DNA from: Oscillospiraceae bacterium
GTDB lineage: Bacteria > Bacillota > Clostridia > Oscillospirales > UBA929
NCBI GenBank assembly: GCA_009782215.1
Contig: WRKO01000005.1
Location: 30,083-94,082, forward strand
DNA length: 64,000 nt
Direction: 5' to 3'
Under the pieces are notes generated by a model. The model saw only the letters and a program-made list of their open reading frames with translations. It did not search any database and was not told where the DNA came from. Position 1 is the stretch's first letter. Each line of letters begins with the position of its first letter. Positions 18,266 through 27,845 of this stretch are shown here, piece after piece. Both the position numbers and the translations under genes were made by a program.

Positions 18266-20868
18266 GCCGCGACCCCCTCTCTGACCTCAAACCCTTTCGC
18301 GGCCACGGCGACGCCCTCGTAAGACAGCTCCGCGTCCGTGTAGTTAACAAGGATTTGGACGCCGTTGTCATAGGTGACTGCCCGCAGGCCGTCCGGCGTA
18401 ATCTCATGGCGGACGATTACGCTGCCGCGCACGCGGCTGAGGACGGGGTTAACGGTGTTGTATACCTCAACGGCGACGCCGGTCCAGTTTTGGTAATGCG
18501 TGCCGAAGTAATGGTTGAGGCCGGTGTATTTCATCTCGCTGGCCTCCTCATAGCTCAGCGTAAACCGCGGGGAAGCGCCGAACTCAATCAGCCTCAGCAC
18601 GGAGTCGGTCTCGTCAAGACCGTCGCTGCGGTTAAACGCGTTGCCCGCGTAGGGGATATACCCGTGAACGACCATTTGGTAAAACGGCACCTCCGCGTCA
18701 ACGACGAGGAAATCGCTGTGCATGAGCGGAACGTTGATGAGGTCGTCCGCCGCATACAGCGCGTAGGCGTTGCCGCCGGAAACCATCACATCCATCCCTG
18801 TGCCGACGATTTTATCCATCTGCGCCGTCACAATCGAAAGGGCGTGTTCGCGGTCGATAAACTCTGTGCGCTTGCGGTCGGAATGAAGGGAATCGCCCAA
18901 GTCGCGCAGGGAAATCCCGGTGACGTCGTAATCCTCAATCCGTTTCACAAACGCGTCCGCGTAGCGGGGCAGGAATTTCGGGCTGACGAGCGCCTGCCAG
19001 CGCTCGGGATATCTGCCCCCAAACACCTGATAGCAGTCGGGACAGGTCTGCTCCGCCCACCACACGGTCATCCCGCCGCCGTAATAGCGCGAGTTTTCCA
19101 TCGCCCAGTTATACCGTTTGGCGCGGTAGGGGACGTTCTGGAAGATGACGTCGGCGTAGAGCTTGCCGCCCTGCTCTTCCAGTCTGGCGCCCAGCGCCTC
19201 AAGCTCCCTCTTGCTCCCTAATTGCCGCACGGGGTTGATTCGGTTGGCCGCGTCATGGTAATACCCCCGGTTAAACCAGCCCTGATAGTTGACCACCTGA
19301 TTGGAAATGCCGCTCGCGCTGAAGATGTCAAGAATCTCCTCCGCCTGCGCGTAGGTGGTCATCGGGATGATGCCCTGATACTGGATGGACAGGGCGAATT
19401 TTGTGCCCAAAACAGCCCCGATCATGTCCAGATAAAGGGGAATGTCCCCCTGCGCCACCCGGTCTCCCAGCACGCCCTCGCGAATCAGCCGCTCGCGGTA
19501 ATACCGCGCCATGCCGGAGTAGCCTTCATATTCCTCCGGCAGAAAGCTGTAGCGCACGGTGAGGTTGGCGACATAGAAATCGGCTTCGACGACGGGCATT
19601 TCGCCTTCGCTCCCGGTAACGCCGAACATCATCAAAGAGCCGCTTCCGCGGATGATAAACGAAGCCGCCGCGCCGTTGTACGACGTCCCCTTCCCGGCAA
19701 TAAACGCGGATATCTGCGCGAAGGACTGCCCTTCCTCTATTTGCGCGAAGACGGTCTGCCCGCCCTCCTTATGGAGTCCGAAGACCGGCAGCCGCACCAT
19801 TTCCGTGTTGCCCAGCACGATAAAGTCATTGGTAACCCTGTCCGTCCCGTATACAAACTGGCTGTAATCGTCCGCCCACGTCCTGCCGTTGTTGAAGTCA
19901 ATCAGGGAGCCGGAGCCGTTGGGAACGAAAAGATACCCGTCCTCGTCCGTTCCCGCCGCGCCGAAAAAGCGCAGGACATGGATTTTGTCAATTCGGGCGC
20001 CGCCGTTTTCCACAATGCGGGAGGTGGGGACGCTCACCACCAGCTTGTCGCCCTCCAGCCGGTATTCCAGCGGGACTTCAACGCTGATGACCACCGCGCC
20101 TTCCACGTTGGTCTCCATCGAATCCCGCAAATAATCCTCCTCGGTGTAGCCGATGGCCTCAAGCATGGCCAGCAGGCGGCGGATGGTGGCGGCGCCCGCC
20201 GCGCCGGAGCGCAGCGTCCAAACGCCTTCGGGGGCGTCCTCGGCCTCCGTATACCGCATCTCAAAGTTCTGGCGGTCTGTTTCATCCTCAAGCTTGTCAA
20301 GGATGTCGTCCAGCCGGTTCCGGTAGAGGTAAATCGGAACAATGCCGGTGGACACCTGCAGGTTGCCCAGCGTATAGATGTAACGCACGCCGCCGTTGAT
20401 GCCCTCCACCGCCACCTGACTGCTGCCGAACCGTATGGCGTCTTCGTAGGCGAGGAACTGCCCCGGCGTACTCCGCGCGTTGAAATACTCCACCGTCAGC
20501 GGGGATTTCAGCAGGCTTTTGTTGCGGCTGGAGGCAAGCGGGTCGTCGTCCGCGTCCGGCGGGCAGGCGTATGTCGTCAGCCCCGTGCGTTTGTCATATA
20601 CCGCCACGTTGGTGGATTCGGTGTCCGTATACATCTCCAGCTCGGGGCTTTCCGCCACAAGCACCATGCCGGGCACATTCCCGCCGCCCGGAAGCGGCGC
20701 GAAGCGGCGGCCTTCCTCATAATGCGTTCCGCGCTCCGCATCAAGATACTTTTCATACCCGCTGTACGCGCGGAAATAGACAAAGACGTATCCCTGATAA
20801 ACAAGGACGATAAAGGCGGCGATGCCTATCAGCCCTAACAGCAGCTTTGTCCCTAATTTCATCGGCAT
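18262..20868 (-). CDS. 868-aa N-terminally membrane-anchored extracytoplasmic protein, DUF5696-like (glycoside-hydrolase-like barrel suspected)
   Basis: One TM (LLLGLIGIAAFIVLVYQGYVFVYF). The large ectodomain carries stretches I associate with DUF5696 proteins (ELEMYTDTESTNVAVYDKRTG..., GYLFVPNGSGSLIDFNNG..., PLYLDMIGAV..., YQGWFNRGYYH). This is a recollection-level assignment. Confidence 0.55.
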   Translation of the reverse strand: MPMKLGTKLLLGLIGIAAFIVLVYQGYVFVYFRAYSGYEKYLDAERGTHYEEGRRFAPLPGGGNVPGMVLVAESPELEMYTDTESTNVAVYDKRTGLTTYACPPDADDDPLASSRNKSLLKSPLTVEYFNARSTPGQFLAYEDAIRFGSSQVAVEGINGGVRYIYTLGNLQVSTGIVPIYLYRNRLDDILDKLEDETDRQNFEMRYTEAEDAPEGVWTLRSGAAGAATIRRLLAMLEAIGYTEEDYLRDSMETNVEGAVVISVEVPLEYRLEGDKLVVSVPTSRIVENGGARIDKIHVLRFFGAAGTDEDGYLFVPNGSGSLIDFNNGRTWADDYSQFVYGTDRVTNDFIVLGNTEMVRLPVFGLHKEGGQTVFAQIEEGQSFAQISAFIAGKGTSYNGAAASFIIRGSGSLMMFGVTGSEGEMPVVEADFYVANLTVRYSFLPEEYEGYSGMARYYRERLIREGVLGDRVAQGDIPLYLDMIGAVLGTKFALSIQYQGIIPMTTYAQAEEILDIFSASGISNQVVNYQGWFNRGYYHDAANRINPVRQLGSKRELEALGARLEEQGGKLYADVIFQNVPYRAKRYNWAMENSRYYGGGMTVWWAEQTCPDCYQVFGGRYPERWQALVSPKFLPRYADAFVKRIEDYDVTGISLRDLGDSLHSDRKRTEFIDREHALSIVTAQMDKIVGTGMDVMVSGGNAYALYAADDLINVPLMHSDFLVVDAEVPFYQMVVHGYIPYAGNAFNRSDGLDETDSVLRLIEFGASPRFTLSYEEASEMKYTGLNHYFGTHYQNWTGVAVEVYNTVNPVLSRVRGSVIVRHEITPDGLRAVTYDNGVQILVNYTDAELSYEGVAVAAKGFEVREGVAA

Positions 20869-20877
20869 GTCACCCCC

Positions 20878-21510
20878 CTATCCTCTAAGCGAAAACTCGG
20901 TGTAGACGCTAAAGAAGAAGCCATACACCTGATTGAGCAAATCAAACAGCAGCAGCGCGAGAAAGATGATGAGAAACATGGCTACAAGCGTGATGACGAG
21001 GGTAATGAGGGTTTTCAGCAGCGTGTAGTTATGCACCGTCATAATCCCCATCAGAATTAAAATGGCCGTCCACGCGACGCCGAAGCCGAGGATGACGGTG
21101 TAGAAGACCTCCTCGTTGGCCGCCAGCACATTGGAAATGAGAATAGCGGGGATATAGGTCAAAATGAGCGGCATGAGCGAATAGCCCGTCACAACGAGGA
21201 TGTCCTTGAGCCGCCCCTCGCCGTTCATCAGACAGGTCACCGACCAGTTGCCGACGGAGAAAAGGCCGAACAGGAGAAACACGCTGACCAAATCCGTCAG
21301 CCCGTTGACGGAGCGCGGGTCGACCGTGTTGACGATAAAGCCCGCGAAAATTTTGTCGAGGGTGAAGCACAGGCTGAACGCGAAGACGGTGACCAGCGCC
21401 AGCGGCACGCTACCCTGCTCACGATGCCGGATTTCGTAGAAGCTGTCGACGGGATTTGTCAGGGTGCGCCGAAAGTAATACAGATTGTCACGCGTAAAAT
21501 ACTTAGTCAT
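20878..21510 (-). CDS. Yip1-domain integral membrane protein
   Basis: The N-terminal cytoplasmic part MTKYFTRDNLYYFRRTLTNPVDSFYEIRH is followed by five hydrophobic helices, as in bacterial YIP1-family proteins. The ATG at 21510 overlaps the upstream gene by 8 nt. The first 27 codons of the listed ORF look non-coding. Confidence 0.6.
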   Translation of the reverse strand: MTKYFTRDNLYYFRRTLTNPVDSFYEIRHREQGSVPLALVTVFAFSLCFTLDKIFAGFIVNTVDPRSVNGLTDLVSVFLLFGLFSVGNWSVTCLMNGEGRLKDILVVTGYSLMPLILTYIPAILISNVLAANEEVFYTVILGFGVAWTAILILMGIMTVHNYTLLKTLITLVITLVAMFLIIFLALLLFDLLNQVYGFFFSVYTEFSLRG

Positions 21511-22990
21511 CGGCCAGCAAGTCTCCTTTCCTTCCGCCTTTGCCCTTAACGGTGTTCCATATGTATAACGCCAGCGCCGCGACCACCGCAACGGTGAGGA
21601 TGGCGCCGAGGTTTTCCTTCAAAAGGTCGTTGCGGTATCGCTTGAACGCCACGGAATAATAGGTGCGATCCATCCCCAGCCTGAGATGCTTCATGGCTTC
21701 GCTGTTGTTGCCGTCGGTCAGGTAGGCCTTGCCGATGCCGACATTGGCAAGCTCAAGGTTTTCGTTGATGGCAAGCACCTGCCGCCAGAGATCCACCGCC
21801 AGCCGTTCGTCCCCGTCAAACCGCAGCCCGACGGCCTCGTTGATCAGCCTGCCGTATTCCGTTTCGGCAAAAAGCATGATCTCCTGCCGCCCCGAATCCA
21901 AAACCAGCAGCTTGTCCCCGGTGTGGGCCATAGCGGCGGGCGTCCTGAACGTCCCCACCTGCGCGCCCATCCCCCCGAAAATATAGAGGAGGTTTCCTTC
22001 AAAGTCATAGGTGAAAATGCGCCCGCGCCTTGAGCAAAGGATGGAGTAAAGGCCCTTGTCGCGGATGATGATATCGACGATGTACGACGGCCCACTGTAG
22101 GTGCCCGCCCCTCTGGGCATCCAGTCCAAATCGCCCCCGACATTCCCGTTCGCCCCTGTTTTGATGACGTCCTCGCCCTTGGGGTTGAGACGGAAAGCCG
22201 CCTGTTCCCCCAGCGGGTCGATGCAGGACGCGTACACAAAGCCGTCGTCGTCCACGTCAACGCCGGTAAACTCGGTGGGGATGAACAAAATGCCAACCTC
22301 CCGCTGCCGTCTGGAGGACAGAGCTCGCCATACCCGCTGCCACACGGAGATTTGCACGTTGATGGTGCCGAAGAAGCTCATAAACTCGCCTTCCGGGGAA
22401 AACACCATCAGCCCTTGAAACACATTCCGCGAGATGACATAGATGCGATCCGCGTAATCGACCGCCACCTTGAGCGGGGTGAACACATACTCTGCCGCGA
22501 ACATGTCGCTCTGCGGGTTTTCAATAATCTGCACTGCGGAAAGCCCCGTTTCGTCCAGCACCACAATCCGCCGGTTGAGGGAGTCGGCGATGTAAATGAG
22601 ACCCCGGTCGGAAACCGTCACCCCGAAGGGCCGGTTGAAGGAATCCGGCGTCCCATTGTTGTCAAACCCCTCAATGACCATAAGAGCCTCGGTCATTTCC
22701 GCGTTGACGATGACAACGCGGTCGTTGTCGGTGTCGGCCACAAGGAGCCGCCCGTCCGGGGCGATGCTGATGTCCTGCGGATTGCGGAACTCCCCGATGT
22801 TCAGGCTCAGCCCGGTCACCGAGCCGGCGGGGATATAGGGTGCGGGCGTGTATTCCACGTATTCGCGGTAGTTGTACGTATAGGAATCGTACGGAACATC
22901 CACGCTGGCCAGCGCCGCGGGCGCGGCGCACAAAAACAGCATCATCGCGGCCGCCGCGACGACCGCCGGTTTCAGAAAGCGTTTCATCAC
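21503..22990 (-). CDS. Secreted NHL-repeat beta-propeller protein with TPR-like C-terminal region and C-terminal TM anchor
   Basis: Signal peptide MMKRFLKPAVVAAAAMMLFLCAAPAALA. Repeated NHL-type blades (PQDISIAPDGRLLVADTDNDRVVIV, PFGVTVSDRGLIYIADSLNRRIVVLD, ...). A helical-repeat segment follows (AVDLWRQVLAINENLELANVGIGKAYLTDGNNSEAMKHLRLG). C-terminal TM LGAILTVAVVAALALYIW. Confidence 0.65.
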   Translation of the reverse strand: MMKRFLKPAVVAAAAMMLFLCAAPAALASVDVPYDSYTYNYREYVEYTPAPYIPAGSVTGLSLNIGEFRNPQDISIAPDGRLLVADTDNDRVVIVNAEMTEALMVIEGFDNNGTPDSFNRPFGVTVSDRGLIYIADSLNRRIVVLDETGLSAVQIIENPQSDMFAAEYVFTPLKVAVDYADRIYVISRNVFQGLMVFSPEGEFMSFFGTINVQISVWQRVWRALSSRRQREVGILFIPTEFTGVDVDDDGFVYASCIDPLGEQAAFRLNPKGEDVIKTGANGNVGGDLDWMPRGAGTYSGPSYIVDIIIRDKGLYSILCSRRGRIFTYDFEGNLLYIFGGMGAQVGTFRTPAAMAHTGDKLLVLDSGRQEIMLFAETEYGRLINEAVGLRFDGDERLAVDLWRQVLAINENLELANVGIGKAYLTDGNNSEAMKHLRLGMDRTYYSVAFKRYRNDLLKENLGAILTVAVVAALALYIWNTVKGKGGRKGDLLADD

Positions 22991-22997
22991 AGCCCCC

Positions 22998-23912
22998 CTA
23001 CTCTTTAATCCCGGATGTGGTCATGGTTTCCAAAATGCTTGACTGGCAGACAAGGAAGAAGGTAATCGGGATAGCGGCGAGGACAAACAGCACCGCCATC
23101 GCCTCTCCCGCGCGGCGCGGCCCGCCCGCGGCGATATGCTGCATGGCGAACTGCAAGGGCTTCAGCTCCTCGCTGCGCAAAAACAGATAGCCGGTGTTGC
23201 CCCACATCAGGTTGAACTGGAAAATCATCAGCGTCAGCCACGCGGGCTTGACGTTGGGCATGATGATTCTCCAAAACGCCCGGAACTCTCCCGCCCCGTC
23301 AATCCTCGCGGACTCAATCAGCGAGTCGGGAATCTGCTCCATAAACTGCTTCATCAGATACAGCCCGATTCCGTAGCCCCACGCGGGGATGATCAGGGCC
23401 AGATAGGTGTTGTTGATACCGAGGAAGGAGATGATGACATAGTTGGGGATCTGCGTGACCTGCCATGTAAACATCAGCGAGAGGATGACGAGCGAAAACA
23501 ATAGCTTCTTGCCGGGGAACTTGTGCTTGGCCAGCGGATAGGCCGCGAGGGAGGCGACGATGACATGCCCGAACACGCTGAAAACCATAATGACGGCCGA
23601 GTTGAGGATATACCGCGAAAGAGGCACCCACGTCTCGCTCATGGAGATAAACAGGTCGGTAAAGTTTTCGGTGGTGGGGTTCCGCACAAAAATGCGCGGC
23701 GGGAATTGAAAGATTTCATCCAGCGGCTTGAGGGCGTTGTTGACGACGATAATCAGCGGCATAACCATAAACGCGCCGCACAGCCCCATGAACACAAACA
23801 GCAGCACGTTCCCCGCGCGCGAGCGGTTGAGCTTTCTCTCGCGGCGAAAGTTTTTTTGGAAAAATGTCTCCTTGACCACAATCGGGCCGTCGGAATTCCT
23901 GACCTTGACCAT
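22998..23912 (-). CDS. Carbohydrate ABC transporter permease (MalG-like)
   Basis: Six TM segments. EAA loop MKQFMEQIPDSLIESARIDGAGEFRAFWRIIMP. Confidence 0.85.
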   Translation of the reverse strand: MVKVRNSDGPIVVKETFFQKNFRRERKLNRSRAGNVLLFVFMGLCGAFMVMPLIIVVNNALKPLDEIFQFPPRIFVRNPTTENFTDLFISMSETWVPLSRYILNSAVIMVFSVFGHVIVASLAAYPLAKHKFPGKKLLFSLVILSLMFTWQVTQIPNYVIISFLGINNTYLALIIPAWGYGIGLYLMKQFMEQIPDSLIESARIDGAGEFRAFWRIIMPNVKPAWLTLMIFQFNLMWGNTGYLFLRSEELKPLQFAMQHIAAGGPRRAGEAMAVLFVLAAIPITFFLVCQSSILETMTTSGIKE

Positions 23913-23914
23913 GC

Positions 23915-24844
23915 TCAGTTGCCCACCCTTCTCAATAAGCGCTGTACCAGCCGGTTTGTGCCCACCATCAGAATGAACAGCACCGTGGCGATGGCGGAGG
24001 CGTAGCCCATTTCAAACCGGATGGTGCCGTTGTCTATGAGATGCGTGACAATGGTGGAGCCGGAATAGTTCACCGACACGGGCGAGCCCGGCGGATCCCC
24101 GGCCAGCCAGAGGGAGATGTCCGCGATGGCGAACGAAGCGGTAATCTGCATGACCGCGCCGAACATAAGCTGAGGCTTCATGGCCGGCAGGGTGACAAAC
24201 CAAAGCTCCTGCCAGCGGTTTCGGATGCCGTCGATGGCCGCCGCCTCATAGAGGGATTTGTCGATGGTCTGCAAGCCCGCGATGAAGGCGAGGAAGCCCG
24301 TCCCGAGCGAGAGCCATAGCTGCACGACGATGAGAAAGGGCAGGATGTACTTGGCGTCCCGCATCCACAGGACAGGTTCGTCCATAAACCCCCACCGGAG
24401 CAAAAACCCGTTGAGGATGCCGTAGCGGTCGCCGGTGAAGATGATGGTCCAGATGAAAAACACCTGCCCGGAAATCGACGGCGCGTAGAAGACAAGGGTG
24501 AGGAAGGCGCGGAGCCGCCCCTTGAATTCATTGATAATCCACGCGAACAGCAGGCACAGCACATAGCTGAGCGGGCCGGTGATGATGGCCAAAATCATCG
24601 TGTTTTTCAGCGCAATCATAAAAATGTCGTCTTCCAGCAGCAGCTTTAGGTAGTTCGCCCAGCCGATAAACTGCGGCGCCTCCAGCATGTTGAAGTAGGT
24701 CAGGGAGATAAACAGGGAGGCGGCGACGGGCAGAATGGTGAAGGTTGTGAAGATGAGGAAATACGGAGCCATCATCATGTATGAGACTTTGTTTTTCGCG
24801 ATGATGGAACCGAGCGACGGCGCGTCGTTCTTCTGCTTTACCAT
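23915..24844 (-). CDS. Sugar ABC transporter permease (MalF-like)
   Basis: Polytopic. EAA loop IAGLQTIDKSLYEAAAIDGIRNRWQELWFVTLP. Start is the internal ATG 24844, 4 nt after the upstream stop. Confidence 0.85.
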   Translation of the reverse strand: MVKQKNDAPSLGSIIAKNKVSYMMMAPYFLIFTTFTILPVAASLFISLTYFNMLEAPQFIGWANYLKLLLEDDIFMIALKNTMILAIITGPLSYVLCLLFAWIINEFKGRLRAFLTLVFYAPSISGQVFFIWTIIFTGDRYGILNGFLLRWGFMDEPVLWMRDAKYILPFLIVVQLWLSLGTGFLAFIAGLQTIDKSLYEAAAIDGIRNRWQELWFVTLPAMKPQLMFGAVMQITASFAIADISLWLAGDPPGSPVSVNYSGSTIVTHLIDNGTIRFEMGYASAIATVLFILMVGTNRLVQRLLRRVGN

Positions 24845-24848
24845 TGGC

Positions 24849-27824
24849 TCATCTCCCTTCCCTGCCGCTGTAAAGCGGCAATCCCAATTCCTTGCGCTTG
24901 AAGTCAATTTCATCGTTAATCAAGATGACCTTGTCAGTCAGGGCCTCCCTCGGGGACTCAAAGACGTCGGCGGTAGCGCCCCTGACCGAACGCCCCGTGA
25001 CCACCGCGTAAAACGCGTTGTTGATGTTGCGGAAGCTGAAATAGCCGCCCGGCACCTGCGGGATGCCGCGCACATGCTCAAACTGGGCGGTCAGCGCCTG
25101 ATAGTCGGCCACCGGCCACGGGAGCAGGCTGAACGCCTCGATGTTGGCGGACGGATGCCGGGCCGCCGGCCCCATCAGGCTTTCCATTTCACGCCCGAAC
25201 AGCGTCTGCGTCTCAACCGAAGTCCACCATTTGAGGAATTCCCAAGCCTGCTCGGGACTCTCGGTGTCGTTCATCATAATGGTGGCGGAGCCGTAGCTGC
25301 CCACGGCGCGGTTGACCGAGCCGTCCGGCATAACGGTTCCGGGCACGGGGGAGAAGCCCCACAGCCCCTTGATGTCCGGCGCGGAGATTTGCAGGGTGTT
25401 GTAGAATAAGTAGTCCTGAATGATGATGGGGGTTTCGCCGGTGCGGAAACGCTCCTCCGGGCTGGTGTCCTTGTCCAGCTTGTATTCGGTGTAAAACTCC
25501 GTGTACATTTTGAAGGCGCGGAAGGCTTCGTCGCTGTCCAGCGCGGAGCGGGTGGCGTCCTCGTTGTAATACGCCCCCTCGTTCTGGTAGAGAAGCATGG
25601 AGAAAATCGGTTCGCGGGGCAGCATCCCCAGCTCCATCTCGTGGTTGGCCAGCACAGCCAGCGCGATTTTCATCTCATCCCATGTGTCGGGTACGTCCAG
25701 CCCGATTTCCCGCAAAATATCCTTGCGGTAGAACATCATCGGGAAGGTCTGGGTTTCCGGCAGGGCAAACACCTTGCCGCCGTAGGAATACGCCTCCATG
25801 ATGCTTGGGCGGAACCGCCCCAGCGTTGCGGTCAGGTCGTCAAACCCCGTCAAATCGTATACGGCGTTGCGCAAACCGAAGTTCATCGGCAGGTCAAACG
25901 GCACCTGCACGGCCACGTCCGGCCCCTGCCCGGCCAGCGTGGCTTGAAGGAGGGTGCTCATGTCCATCATCATCACGTTGACGTTGATGCTGTGGATCGG
26001 CGTGAACGTCTCGTCAATCAGCGTCTTGATAACGCTGGCTTGGTCGCGGCCGGAGCCAATCCAGAGCGTGATGGTGTCGGAGCCCTTCGCGTCGGACACA
26101 TTGCCGATTTGGTTGTAGTCGATAATGAACGAGTAAAACAGCCGCCGCATCTCAAACCAGAAGCGGTGGAAAAAGGAATTGCCCTCCGCCTTGGGCGCTT
26201 CGCCCGCCGGATGGAAGGAAATCATGTCGAGGGCAATCGGCTGTTCCACGGCTTGGGTAAGCCATGTGCCGCAGGCCCTGATGTTGACGCGGAACGAGGA
26301 CACCTGCCTCGGGAACTTCTCCGGGTCTTCAATCAGCTCGGTGAGGTTGGTCACCATCGTTTTCAAAACGCGCTCGCGGTCGCTGCGCCTGCCCGCCGCC
26401 TGCTCCAGCATATCCAGCGCCCGCTGGAGCCGGTCGCGCGCGTCCGTCATCTCGGCCCGCAGACCGGGAAGGCTGCGGTTGATTTGATAGTCGCGGTGCC
26501 GGTCGGGGGCAACGCCGGTCAGCCGGATAACCCTGCGGTATATGGCGTTTAGCTGGTATACCGCGGCGCGCACATCGCCGACGGCTTCGCCGAGACTGCC
26601 CAGCACCGCCTCCATCCGCAGCGTGTTCCGCCCTTGATTGAGATAGATTTTATACGGCTCGCCGTCGTGGCTGGCCAACGTCTCCATCCGCCATGTCTGG
26701 CGGTGGACAAAACCGTAATCCTCAAACTCCGCGAAGGGAACGACGCCGTTGACGCTGATTTTCCTCGACATATAAATGCCCCGCGTAAAGTTCTGCCTTA
26801 CATGCACCGACAGTTCATACAGCCCCGCCTCCGGCGCGTCGAAGTCCCATTCAATCCACTGTCCCGCCGACCGCCACGCAAACCCGCCGATGGTGTTGTT
26901 GAGCAAATGCCGCGGGCTGGCCGGGTTGACCGCCGGGGAGGACTGGTCCTGCACCGGATAAAGCATCTGCGAAGACGTCCTCGCGGCGTTCTGCGCCTGA
27001 AAGGAAACGGCTTGGGCCGCGTCCCGCGCGCCGGCGCGCTCCCATCCCGCCAGCGCCTCGGCATAGGACGGAGGATACGGCTCGTTGCTTATCATAAGGC
27101 TGTGAATCAGCATGGGCTCGCGCAGGGAAAAGAAGGCGACGGTGTTTTTGCCCTGCTCAAAATAGAGGGAGAGCCTTCCGGTGAAGTAGCCTTCGCTGTC
27201 ATAGAGGTAGCTGTCCATCCATTGGGGTATCTCAACCATCGTGGGCTTGATGTCGTTTCCTTGGTTGTCCTTCTGCCAAACCGGCTCCAAGAGCCCCGCC
27301 GACGTCGCCTCAACGGCCGGGCGGTTGCTCCATACCCGCTGGAACTCAAGGGTCGCCAACTCGCGGTAGGGAAGGACTCCGTTGACAAAAAGGCTCCGCT
27401 GGATGGCGGAACTTTTGCCCGCGATGGGGAAATAGCGTATGGAAAGGTCATACAGCCCGCTCTGCGGGACGTCGATTTCAAGTTCAATAACGGAGTCCTC
27501 CTCCGTCAGCACGCCCTCAAACCCCCGCCCGTCTTCGCCGGTCACGGCGATGATTTGGGGCGCAGTCTCCGCGCCGCCCGTTTCGTAGCGGGCGAAGTCC
27601 GCCGCGCTGTACTCGGCGCGGACGTCGGGCCGGTTGACCGGATTCCGCCTGAGGTATTCGCTGTACGGAGGAATGGACTCGTCGATGGTATGAACCTCGA
27701 TGATGTCTTGGTATTCCTCGCGCGACATGTCCCCCGGCGCATATCCGCGCGCCGGGAGCGCCCAAAACAGCGCAAACGCCATAAACACGGCGGTTGTTTG
27801 CTTTGCTCTCCGTTTCCAGACCAT
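24849..27824 (-). CDS. 991-aa extracellular protein: two CBM-like modules + helical linker + C-terminal family-1 solute-binding domain
   Basis: Signal or anchor sequence. Two modules carry the CBM6/35-style segments GLYDLSIRYFP...LFVNG and GLYELSVHVRQ...ISVNG. A predicted helical region spans about aa 420-540. The last roughly 450 aa have sugar-SBP character (TITLWIGSGRDQ..., ...FSPVPG...). Confidence 0.65.
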   Translation of the reverse strand: MVWKRRAKQTTAVFMAFALFWALPARGYAPGDMSREEYQDIIEVHTIDESIPPYSEYLRRNPVNRPDVRAEYSAADFARYETGGAETAPQIIAVTGEDGRGFEGVLTEEDSVIELEIDVPQSGLYDLSIRYFPIAGKSSAIQRSLFVNGVLPYRELATLEFQRVWSNRPAVEATSAGLLEPVWQKDNQGNDIKPTMVEIPQWMDSYLYDSEGYFTGRLSLYFEQGKNTVAFFSLREPMLIHSLMISNEPYPPSYAEALAGWERAGARDAAQAVSFQAQNAARTSSQMLYPVQDQSSPAVNPASPRHLLNNTIGGFAWRSAGQWIEWDFDAPEAGLYELSVHVRQNFTRGIYMSRKISVNGVVPFAEFEDYGFVHRQTWRMETLASHDGEPYKIYLNQGRNTLRMEAVLGSLGEAVGDVRAAVYQLNAIYRRVIRLTGVAPDRHRDYQINRSLPGLRAEMTDARDRLQRALDMLEQAAGRRSDRERVLKTMVTNLTELIEDPEKFPRQVSSFRVNIRACGTWLTQAVEQPIALDMISFHPAGEAPKAEGNSFFHRFWFEMRRLFYSFIIDYNQIGNVSDAKGSDTITLWIGSGRDQASVIKTLIDETFTPIHSINVNVMMMDMSTLLQATLAGQGPDVAVQVPFDLPMNFGLRNAVYDLTGFDDLTATLGRFRPSIMEAYSYGGKVFALPETQTFPMMFYRKDILREIGLDVPDTWDEMKIALAVLANHEMELGMLPREPIFSMLLYQNEGAYYNEDATRSALDSDEAFRAFKMYTEFYTEYKLDKDTSPEERFRTGETPIIIQDYLFYNTLQISAPDIKGLWGFSPVPGTVMPDGSVNRAVGSYGSATIMMNDTESPEQAWEFLKWWTSVETQTLFGREMESLMGPAARHPSANIEAFSLLPWPVADYQALTAQFEHVRGIPQVPGGYFSFRNINNAFYAVVTGRSVRGATADVFESPREALTDKVILINDEIDFKRKELGLPLYSGREGR

Positions 27825-27845
27825 CTGGCAGCCCCCTCGTTATCG

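Noticed and set aside
12863-20838. Long plus-strand ORFs (12863-14611, 14544-15359, 16151-18322, 18355-19221, 19222-20838) opposite the transporter operon
   Set aside because: All are antisense to genes with clear signal peptides, TM patterns or EAA loops. Their translations are dominated by Arg, Gly, His, Val and Asp runs without motifs.
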